Made by a program: the position numbers and the translations under genes | Notes under the pieces: model-generated | Told to the model about the DNA's origin: nothing | Databases searched by the model: none | The model's input: the letters and a program-made list of their open reading frames with translations, nothing else | In this document: in pieces, positions 56,257 through 64,000 of the stretch | Layout of the letters: every line of letters begins with the position of its first letter | Position numbering within the stretch: position 1 is the stretch's first letter | Source of the DNA: an uncultured Gammaproteobacteria bacterium | Lineage (GTDB): Bacteria; Pseudomonadota; Gammaproteobacteria; CAWCPV01 | Length of the DNA stretch: 64,000 bases | Direction: 5' to 3' | Assembly: GCA_963797555.1 (NCBI GenBank) | Contig: CAWCPV010000014.1 | Coordinates: 416,001-480,000, forward strand

Positions 56257-57318
56257 ATGATCAAGACCCGCGGCTATGCCGCCCACGATGCGACCTCGGC
56301 CCTGACGCCTTTCACCTTCGAGCGGCGCGAGCCTGGCCCACACGATGTCCACATCGAGATCCTTTATTGCGGCATCTGCCATACCGACCTGCATCAATCC
56401 CGCAATGATTGGAGCAATGCGCTTTACCCGATGGTGCCGGGCCATGAGATCGTCGGCCGGGTCACTAGGGTCGGCGACCATGTGACGAAATTCAAAGCCG
56501 GCGATTATGCCGGCGTCGGCTGCATGGTGGATTCCTGCCGCCGTTGTTCCGCCTGTAATGACGGTCTGGAGCAATATTGCGAGGAAGTCCCCACCTGGAC
56601 TTACAACGCCAAGGAACGCGGCAGCGACCAGTTGACCTTCGGCGGCTATTCCGAGCAGATCGTGGTCGAGGAACGTTTCGTGGTGAAGATCCCCGGCAGC
56701 CTCGATCTGAAGGCTGTCGCTCCGCTGTTCTGTGCCGGCATCACCACTTATTCTCCGCTGCGTCACTGGAAGGTCGGCAAAGGCCAGAAGGTCGGCGTGA
56801 TTGGGCTCGGTGGGCTCGGTCATATGGGCGTCAAATTCGCCAGGGCCCTCGGCGCCCATGTGGTGATGATCACCACCTCGCCCGAGAAGGGCAAGGATGC
56901 GATGCGCCTCGGCGCCGATGAGGTGCTGGTGTCGAAAGATCCGGCAGCGATGACCAAGCACGCCAGCAGCTTCGACTTCCTGCTAAACACCATTCCGAAC
57001 GGGCATGACCTTAACCCGTATGCCGCGCTGCTGAAACGCGATGGCACTATGGTTCTCGTCGGGGTGCTGACGGCGCTCGAGCCAGCGCTGCAGGGCGCCA
57101 GCCTGATCTTGGGTCGCCGTAGCATCGCCGGATCAGCGATCGGCGGTATGCCCGAGACTCAGGAGATGATCGATTTCTGCGCCGAACACAATATTGTCAG
57201 CGATGTCGAGATGATACCTATTCAATCCGTCAATAAAGCCTATGAAAGGTTGCTGAGAAACGATGTCAGATATCGCTTCGTCATCGACATGGCCTCCCTG
57301 AAACAGCTCGCCGCCTGA
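56257..57318 (+). CDS. Zn-dependent NAD(P)H alcohol dehydrogenase (YahK/CAD-like)
   Basis: CGICHTD, PGHEIVG, structural Zn cysteines, GLGGLGHMG, YRFVIDM; GGAGGA RBS. Confidence 0.94.
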   Translation: MIKTRGYAAHDATSALTPFTFERREPGPHDVHIEILYCGICHTDLHQSRNDWSNALYPMVPGHEIVGRVTRVGDHVTKFKAGDYAGVGCMVDSCRRCSACNDGLEQYCEEVPTWTYNAKERGSDQLTFGGYSEQIVVEERFVVKIPGSLDLKAVAPLFCAGITTYSPLRHWKVGKGQKVGVIGLGGLGHMGVKFARALGAHVVMITTSPEKGKDAMRLGADEVLVSKDPAAMTKHASSFDFLLNTIPNGHDLNPYAALLKRDGTMVLVGVLTALEPALQGASLILGRRSIAGSAIGGMPETQEMIDFCAEHNIVSDVEMIPIQSVNKAYERLLRNDVRYRFVIDMASLKQLAA

Positions 57319-57364
57319 TCGCTGCCGAAGATCCGGCGAGCGAATTGCTGTAGAGCGTTCAGCC

Positions 57365-57405
57365 CATCTCATTACACAACTTGAGGATACTCGTGTAGCA
57401 TCATG
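57365..57405 (+). mobile_element. Isolated left end of a related IS4 element
   Basis: CATCTCATTACACAACTTGAGGATACTCGTGTAGCATC resembles the intact IS left end CATCCCATTACACACAACTTGATGACAATCGTGTAACATC. Confidence 0.6.
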
Positions 57406-57466
57406 CGCCCCACGAACTTGTCATCCCCCAAGTAGATTTGTTGGCGTAGCCCCGCCCCCCTGTGTC

Positions 57467-58097
57467 CATCCCATTACACACAACTCAAAGGGGGCCTCAC
57501 GGGGCGTAGTGGAGTCCTGCGGCGAAGTCCATGACGCGCTGCAGCCCTTGCCAGAGGGTCTTCACGCCGGGCTCGCCGTCGGCCTTGCGCCCCAGGAAGC
57601 CACCGAGCCTGGCGATGAGGCGCACCACCTCGTTGAGGTGGGGTGGCTTCTTCGGTAAGCGTTTCTTGTTCAAGAGGAAGGCCGCCTGCCATTCGCTGCG
57701 ATCGAACAGAAGCTCCGCATCCAACTCCGGACAGGTGCGCCCCAGGCGCATGAGGCGGGCGATGAGCCAGGCGACCACCATGAATAGCGCCAACGCCCGT
57801 TCCAGGCATTCGAGGCTGCTGAGCTGCAGGGCCTCCACCCGGCAGACGTTCTTCAGCACGTGGAAGAAGAGGTTTATCTCCCAGCGGGCGCGATACCAGT
57901 CGATAAGATCCGCCGCCGCCTCGAAGCTGCCGGCCTCGCGGTTGGTCAACAGGCGCCATTCGATGGGTTTCACGCCCGCTGGCGCGCCCACTTCCCGGGC
58001 CACGATGCAGGTGGCCTCCAAACGCCCCCCTTGCCGCCGGAGAGCGCCACACGCCTTGCGTACACCTGCTGGCGGACTTCCCGCGCCTTCTGCCCGT
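57467..58097 (-). mobile_element. 5'-truncated diverged IS4-family element (transposase C-terminus plus right IR)
   Basis: IR CATCCCATTACACACAACT at 57467; ORF 57497-58021 closely similar to the C-terminus of the intact transposase. Confidence 0.9.
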
Positions 58098-58143
58098 TGC
58101 TTGAAGGGATTTCAGCTATGGAGTTATCGCTGCGAATGCGGCT

Positions 58144-58596
58144 TTGTCAGATGGTGTTGCTCTGTTCTACGCAACGCATGGCAACTTGGCGTCCACTGCC
58201 GACCCGGACACCACTGGGATCAGTGCTGCACTGGCGTTGGTGCGGGCGCAGACGGACGAGGCCGGCCGCTACCTGAGCTTGCCTGCCGCAGCGGTGCTTG
58301 TGACGCCAGTAAAGGAGGGGACCGCGCTGGCCGCGGTCACGTCCATGTGGGGGACCGACCCGGCGAGACCGAAGGTCGTTGCGGATGCCGGGCTGACCGC
58401 GGGGGACGCCTGGTATCTCGTCACCCTGCCGACCACCCGACCCAGCGTGCGTGTCATCACGCTTCGAGGCGCCGGACAGCCGACAGTCAACATGGGTAAG
58501 CTGCCAGGCTTCGACGGCGCGGCCGCGAAGATTCGGCATGATTGCACGGCCGTTGCGGTGGATTACCGCGGCTGCATCAAGACGCCGCTGTCATGA
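58144..58596 (+). pseudogene. Phage major capsid protein C-terminal fragment (Mu gpT / Clp-capsid-fusion-like)
   Basis: SDGVALF...HGNL, DAWYL, GFDG...KIRHD...VDYRG..K; N-terminus lost at the IS4 remnant. Confidence 0.65.
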
Positions 58597-59145
58597 GCCG
58601 CCGAACGTTGACCACCCGTCAGGCCACAGCCGCCGCCAGATCGTTCATGGCGTCGGGCGTGTGCCCGCGTGCTCGCGTGACGTTGCCGGCCATTTGCGCC
58701 GGGCGCCTGTCATGACAGCCGCGCTTACGGTGTGCGCCGAACGTCGCTTGGCCCTGGCTGCTCTGGTTGCGGGCGATGAGTTGTTGTACCACGAGATTAC
58801 ACCCGTCACCGAGCTACCGCCCGGCGCGGTCCCGTGTCCCGCACCGGCGCGCGTCCAATGAGCCGATACGTCTGTATGCCGCCGCGTCGAAGGACGGCTC
58901 AGGCCCGTCCGCGAGGTCACTCTGGACGAAGGGCGCGAGCTGGCAGCGGCCGACCACACCCTTGTGGTGTTGCCAAGGTCCGAGGCCATTCGCATCTGCA
59001 TGGGCGAGCCGCGGTCACAGGCCGGCGGCCGGATCGAGCGACCACGGCGCCAACGATAACCCACCGGCCGCAACCTGCGCTGGGAACCGCGGGTGCGGGA
59101 CAGCCGCCCGGTCGCCGGGCCACTCCCCCGGCGTGACGCGGCATC

Positions 59146-59172
59146 GCTCCCGGCTTCGGTCGGGGCTTTTTT
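59146..59172 (+). terminator. Rho-independent terminator
   Basis: GCTCCCGGC-TTCG-GTCGGGGC-TTTTTT. Confidence 0.8.
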
Positions 59173-59315
59173 GGGCACACACCGCTGCCTGACGCCCCAG
59201 GAAGTGCGCACCGGCGCGCACTAAGAGTCACCCGCTCTGCGGCGTTCGGGCCGTTCCCACAGCCACCCCGTCACCCCCCAGCGCCAGACCCGCAGAGAGT
59301 TGCTGCCGGCACCTT

Positions 59316-59888
59316 TTAGGGCAAAGTGTGCCGCACTCCAGTAGCTGGGTCGTATGCAGATACCTCCGAGCCTAGCGCCTCTGGCGTCTTTTCGAATACT
59401 GCGAGATTCTTGTAGCCCCGCCGGGCTGGTGACTCATAGAGCAACCCATCAATGCGTCCACACTTAGCACAGGCTTCACCGAGAACTTGTGTTTCTGCTG
59501 GGTTCCGTGGGCGCGGTGCTGTAGCATCTTCACCGAGCGACCGAAAGTTAAACTTGGGGACATCCGCGTCTACATCAAGGATCTGCTGAACACTCGGGTC
59601 GGTAAGATCAACCACTGCTTGAAGCTCCGCATCGATTGGCCAGAAAACCATGGGGTCTCTTCCCAAACCGAAGTATGTCTGAACCTCGGCGAGACACGTC
59701 TGTTCGTCCTGAGCCACGTACAGAACGCGGGCACCTTTTGCGAAGTTAAAACGTTGCGCTTCGATAGGCCGATTCTTGCCAAGTGGATCATCGCCGTGGG
59801 CTTTGCGCATGGCGCGCCAGAAAGTCCCAGACAGCGGCCGCGAATAGAGGCTGAGCACAGCCGCGTCGAGGCGATCCCCTTGATGCAC
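59316..59888 (-). CDS. RES-domain toxin (NAD+ phosphorylase-like)
   Basis: FWR, QRFN, LYVA...TCLAE, TQVLG, DGLLYES, NLAVF. Confidence 0.85.
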   Translation of the reverse strand: MHQGDRLDAAVLSLYSRPLSGTFWRAMRKAHGDDPLGKNRPIEAQRFNFAKGARVLYVAQDEQTCLAEVQTYFGLGRDPMVFWPIDAELQAVVDLTDPSVQQILDVDADVPKFNFRSLGEDATAPRPRNPAETQVLGEACAKCGRIDGLLYESPARRGYKNLAVFEKTPEALGSEVSAYDPATGVRHTLP

Positions 59889-59900
59889 GATGGGGTCAAG

Positions 59901-60485
59901 TCACGCCGCGAGACCACTCTCAATCTCAGCGAGGAGAGATTGGATGCGGCTGATCTCTCCCCCGAGAATAACCGTCTTTGGTGAAGCACCATCCAGTGCG
60001 CCAATAGGCGTGCTCAACCATTCGCGCGCAAGTTCCGGCTGGTTCTCCACAACTTCAAGCACCTGTTGAAACAACGCCCGTAGCGCAGCGAGTTTGCGCT
60101 CGTATTCATTGGATGCTTGGACACCGCCGACGAATTGAGCACCAAGATACGTGGCAATGTCGTCTGGTTCCCACCCGAGCGTGTCCGCTAAGCGTTCCGC
60201 AGTGTCACGAGCCTGGATCTCCGTTCCGTAATACGACCACCTCACAAGAGTCTTTGGCGATGCGCGTCGCAAGATCTCCTTTAGGCTGTCCTCTCCTGTT
60301 CCGGCTACCGGTTCAATGTCCTCCCATGGCGTTGACCCGCTGGGCTTGCCGCTTTTCGCGATCTCCGCAAAAAAACGCTCCAAGTCCCTTAAATCATCCA
60401 CGTTGGACCTTGCGGCCTGCGCCAGATTGTCTTCACTCGAACGACTGGGAGGCTGTGGCTTGATCGCTAGTTGAAGGACTGCCAT
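59901..60485 (-). CDS. Xre/MbcA/ParS-type antitoxin with extended N-terminus
   Basis: C-terminal AREWLSTPIGALDGASP...G....IQSLLAEIESG (DUF2384-like); upstream of RES. Confidence 0.82.
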   Translation of the reverse strand: MAVLQLAIKPQPPSRSSEDNLAQAARSNVDDLRDLERFFAEIAKSGKPSGSTPWEDIEPVAGTGEDSLKEILRRASPKTLVRWSYYGTEIQARDTAERLADTLGWEPDDIATYLGAQFVGGVQASNEYERKLAALRALFQQVLEVVENQPELAREWLSTPIGALDGASPKTVILGGEISRIQSLLAEIESGLAA

Positions 60486-60904
60486 GCATCACCCTTTGAT
60501 AGCTGATAGCTTAGTTACGACATGTTTGAGGAACGAATCCGCAGTTTTCTGAATGTCTTCGGAGGCGCGAAGTAGAATATCCAAGTCGAAGCGGGATGTC
60601 TCCGGCGTGGCTTGAATCTCGTGGTCCACATTGAGATTTATAACCGCTGCGTCTGGCGCCCGCTCAGACCGCTCCAGCATTGCATTTAGCTGGCGATCAA
60701 CGCGTGGTTGGCCACTGATACTAAGGGGGTGCAGTGGATAGGTAATGGAGAGAGAACGGAACTGCGGCGCGATTCCATCAAACGACAGTGCAAACGCACT
60801 GTCAGCGAGTACAAATCCTAGACTGTGCGCCACATCCGCTAGACCAGTCGTGATCTCGAAGCGAGAGTTGAGCCCATACGATCCAACCGGAGTTTCTTTA
60901 AGCC

Positions 60905-62319
60905 CATCCCATTACACACAACTCAAAGGACTTGAGCCTCACGCGCGTAGTGCAGTCCTGCCGCGAAGTCCATGACGCGCGTGAGCCCTTGCCAGAGGGT
61001 TTTCACGCCGGGCTCGCCGTCGCCCTTGCGCCCCAGGAAGCCGCCGAGCCTGGCGATGAGATGCACCACTTGGTTCAGTCGGGGTGGCGTCTTCGGTGGG
61101 CGTTTCTTGTTCAGGAGGAAGGCTGCCTCCCACTCCTCGCGCTCGAACAACCACTCGGCCTCCAAGTCCGGACAGGTGCGCCCCAGGCGCATCAGCCGGG
61201 CGACGCGCCAGGCGACCACCATGAATAGCGCCAGCGCCCGTTCCAGGCGTTCCATGGTGCTGAGCTGCAACGCCTCCACGCGGCAGGCGTTCTTCAGCAC
61301 GTGGAAGAAGAGTTCAATCTCCCAGCGGGCGCGATACCAGTCGATGAGCTCGGCCGCCGCCTCCAAGCTGGCGGCCTCACGGTTGGTGAGCAGGCGCCAT
61401 TCGACGGGCTTCACGCCTGCTGGCGCGTCCACTTCCCGGGCCACGATGCAGGTGGCCTCCAACCGACCCCCCTTGCCGTCGGAGAGCTTCACACGCCTCG
61501 CCCACACCTGTTGGCAGACTTGCCGCGCTTTTTGTCCGTGGCGCGACGGCATCGTGAAGCGTATCCCGCCCAGGCATTCGCCTCGGGTCACCTCCTCCCA
61601 CAGCTTGCCGCCCTCGGGCAGCGCACGGTTGTGCCGGGAGCGGACCAACCAGTCGGCCGGCTGCCCCAGGTCGCGCGCTTTGGCCATCAGGGCTACGATG
61701 TCAGCCTCCCGGTCGGCTACATACACCAGGCGGGTCTGTGGAAGTTCGGACGCCAGCTCTGCCATGCGCTCATAGCCCTCCACCCAGCGGGTGCTTTCCA
61801 GAACACCTCCCCGAGGGCCTTCGGCGTCCTTCGGCTCGCGTGCCCACATCCACGCATCCAGCACGCCCAAGGGCTCGCGCGCGAGCGTCACGGCATACGT
61901 CGGATGCAGGTACATACCGCGTTGCGCCTCATAGCTCAACGGCCCCAGGCCAGCGATGTCCTGCCCGTTGAAGTCCACCTCCGTGGTGTCTTGGATGCAC
62001 AGCACGATTTCGTGCTCCCGCATCCGGGCCGCAGAACACTGCCAGTGCGGCTCCAGGATGTCCCGCCAGTCCATCTCGTCGTGGGCAAAAAACCGGTAAG
62101 CTCCCTGGGTCTCGGCCCAGCCCCCACACGCTCCGGGAATGCTCGCGCTCGGCTTCTCCGCCAGCCGCTCGGCAAGCAACACGGCCCGCTTGCCCAGCCG
62201 CTTGTCGCCCAAATCGATGCCCCTAAATTCCTCCGCCGCCCAGCTCATCCCGACACCCCATCTTGTGACGTTATGTCAGGATGTTACACGATTGTCATCA
62301 AGTTGTGTGTAATGGGATG
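60905..62319 (-). mobile_element. IS4-family insertion sequence, second copy, 1415 bp
   Basis: Same IRs; 9-bp TSD CTTTAAGCC (60896-60904, 62320-62328). Confidence 0.96.
60923..62248 (-). CDS. IS4-family transposase
   Basis: Same as 42636-43961 except I>V in WR(I/V)ARL. Confidence 0.96.
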   Translation of the reverse strand: MSWAAEEFRGIDLGDKRLGKRAVLLAERLAEKPSASIPGACGGWAETQGAYRFFAHDEMDWRDILEPHWQCSAARMREHEIVLCIQDTTEVDFNGQDIAGLGPLSYEAQRGMYLHPTYAVTLAREPLGVLDAWMWAREPKDAEGPRGGVLESTRWVEGYERMAELASELPQTRLVYVADREADIVALMAKARDLGQPADWLVRSRHNRALPEGGKLWEEVTRGECLGGIRFTMPSRHGQKARQVCQQVWARRVKLSDGKGGRLEATCIVAREVDAPAGVKPVEWRLLTNREAASLEAAAELIDWYRARWEIELFFHVLKNACRVEALQLSTMERLERALALFMVVAWRVARLMRLGRTCPDLEAEWLFEREEWEAAFLLNKKRPPKTPPRLNQVVHLIARLGGFLGRKGDGEPGVKTLWQGLTRVMDFAAGLHYAREAQVL

Positions 62320-63035
62320 CTTTAAGCCGGTTAAAAGTTTCCGCCGCGAGTTCGATAATTCGACCCCGTTGGCCACCATGTGCCGTTGTTAACTGCCACC
62401 TAGTTGGCATACACTGAACTTCGAAAGTTGAGGTCGCAAATTTTGCCAGTTGGGGTAACACAAGCACTTCGCGCTGTGTGGCTTCCTCCGCGTCGTCCGG
62501 TGCCAGTATTTCAGACAGGCGATACCACTGCGGGTGATGGATCGCGGGATTCATAGCTCCGACCACAACCACCGAGTACTGAGATACAGTTATTTGCGAG
62601 TCCATTTCGCGCACGTGTTGTGGCCTCCGCGCATCAACTTTCACCGCCTGCACAGGTGAGGGTAGCACGAAGTCGCGCAATCGCGCTGCCGATTCCTCCC
62701 TGGGACCCCGGCCTGGAGCGGGACACCAGGGAAGACCCGCCGCCTGAGGAGGCGCAGGAGACCACTTCTTGGTCGACCCCATAGGGAGCACCCCCCACCA
62801 TGGACCCCGCCATGTGCGCGCTGTGGCCGGCGCTGGTGGCGGTGCTGCTCGCTCTGAGCTTCTGCCATTTCATGGGCTGAAGGCTTCATAGGACGCCCCA
62901 GGCGCCGCGATCTCACCCTGACCTATAGGGGAGAGCACCGACCCCCCTGACCCCGCTGTACGGGGTTTTTTGTGCCTGCCGGCACAACCGTAACGGCACC
63001 GTAGCGCGTTACGGGGTAACGGCCCGGTCGGCTGA

Positions 63036-63056
63036 TTGGTACCCTAGTTGGTACCC
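63036..63056. repeat. Direct repeat TTGGTACCC x2 (possible integrase arm-type sites)
   Basis: ttggtaccc-tag-ttggtaccc, ~30 nt beyond the tRNA 3' end. Confidence 0.5.
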
Positions 63057-63082
63057 AGAGCCTCCTCCGGTTTCGCTAAGTG

Positions 63083-63160
<78 letters not shown>

Positions 63161-63203
63161 AGGTGACGCGGCATTATACGGCACCGCCAGACGGCGGCCA
63201 AGG

Positions 63204-63560
63204 TCAACGGCGCAGCAGCACCAGCAGATCTTCCAGCTCCGCGCGTAGCTGCCGGACAATCTGTCGGCTCTGCTTGCCGTCCTCCCGGGCCTCACTGCCG
63301 GTCAGCTTCTGGCGCGCGCCGCTGATGGTAAACCCCTGATAATAGAGCAGATCCCGGATCTGTCGGACGACGATGACATCCTGTCGCTGGTAGTAGCGGC
63401 GGTTACCCCGCCGCTTCACGGGCTTGAGCTGGGTGAACTCTTGCTCCCAGTACCGTAGGACATGGGGTTTTACGGCACACAGCTCGCTGACCTCGCCGAT
63501 GGTGAAATAGCGTTTGGGCGGTATGGGGGGCAGCTCGTTATTCTTTTCTGCTTCCAGCAT
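63204..63560 (-). CDS. MerR-family transcriptional regulator
   Basis: [27 protein letters not shown]; conserved ihfA-merR-tRNA-Pro order. Confidence 0.93.
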   Translation of the reverse strand: MLEAEKNNELPPIPPKRYFTIGEVSELCAVKPHVLRYWEQEFTQLKPVKRRGNRRYYQRQDVIVVRQIRDLLYYQGFTISGARQKLTGSEAREDGKQSRQIVRQLRAELEDLLVLLRR

Positions 63561-63840
63561 ATGCCTCGACCCTCGCACGCAGCTTCTGCCCCGGGCGGAA
63601 GGTCACCACGCGTCGCGCGCTGATGGGTATCTCCACCCCCGTCTTGGGGTTACGGCCGGGGCGCTGCCGTTTATCCCGCAGGTCAAATTTGCCGAAGCCT
63701 GAAACCTTGACGGACTCCCCGGCCTCGAGAGCGGCACGCAGTTCCTCAAAGAATACTTCCACGATCTCTTTCGCCTCACGCTTGCTGAGACCAACCTCTT
63801 CGTACAGACGCTCCGCCAGTGCTGCTTTGGTCAACGCCAT
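63538..63840 (-). CDS. ihfA: Integration host factor alpha
   Basis: [38 protein letters not shown]. Confidence 0.97.
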   Translation of the reverse strand: MALTKAALAERLYEEVGLSKREAKEIVEVFFEELRAALEAGESVKVSGFGKFDLRDKRQRPGRNPKTGVEIPISARRVVTFRPGQKLRARVEAYAGSRKE

Positions 63841-64000
63841 GCTCCCCCCCTTAGTGTGGCCCCAACTTCATCGTGCAACTTCTTGATAACGCACTCTATA
63901 ATAGCATCGACTTCCTGATCTGTCAGGGTCCTCGACAGGTGCTGTAGGGTAAGCCCCATAGCGACGCTCTTCTGGTTGGCATCTATCTCGGGGCCTTCGT
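63831..64000 (-). CDS. pheT: Phenylalanine-tRNA ligase beta subunit, 3' end (partial)
   Basis: Manual translation [22 protein letters not shown]...GATLR; upstream of ihfA. Confidence 0.9.
   Translation of the reverse strand, partial: EGPEIDANQKSVAMGLTLQHLSRTLTDQEVDAIIECVIKKLHDEVGATLRGGAWR

Larger units (their letters stand above)
60489..62605 (-). pseudogene. Hypothetical protein (230 aa reconstructed), first gene of the RES operon, interrupted by IS4
   Basis: SVVVVGAMNPAIHHPQW ... RLK|ETPVGSYGLN ... INLNVDHE; frame restored on IS removal; stop 3 nt before the antitoxin ATG. Confidence 0.75.

Noticed and set aside
42618-62319. Composite transposon bounded by the two IS4 copies
   Set aside because: Each copy has its own matching 9-bp TSD, so they are independent insertions.
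62700-62960. Terminase small subunit / cos-site remnant (GRPMKP peptide)
   Set aside because: Similarity too short to support.

Overview
GC-rich Gammaproteobacterium-like chromosome segment. Bases 1-17.9 kb are core genes: napB, sixA, bamC, dapA, tatD, pilZ, holB, tmk, mltG, pabC, pabB, fabF, acpP, fabG, fabD, fabH, plsX, rpmF, yceD and maf. Bases ~18-63 kb form an accessory region ending at tRNA-Pro(GGG), followed by merR-family, ihfA and the 3' end of pheT. The accessory region holds cysC-gmd-fcl, a TonB protein, an AsmA-like gene with an internally repeated module, and a Ser/Thr kinase-FGE(CLec) gene whose 3' end looks like a diversity-generating-retroelement (DGR) variable region. It also holds an attC-like site with AT-richer ORFs, an ABC exporter, and two tandem NLR-like genes (nucleoside phosphorylase-NACHT-pentapeptide-WD40, then nuclease-P-loop NTPase-helical repeats). 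Further along are a phage-capsid remnant and a three-gene RES/Xre toxin-antitoxin operon. Two near-identical 1415-bp IS4-family copies, each with its own 9-bp target duplication, interrupt the nuclease-NTPase gene and the first gene of the RES operon. Three unrelated MITEs with target duplications were found by eye. Many single-base frameshifts, including in essential genes (dapA, probably fabD), suggest sequencing indel errors, so frameshifts alone are not treated as pseudogene evidence. All product calls are from motif recognition; no database searches were run.
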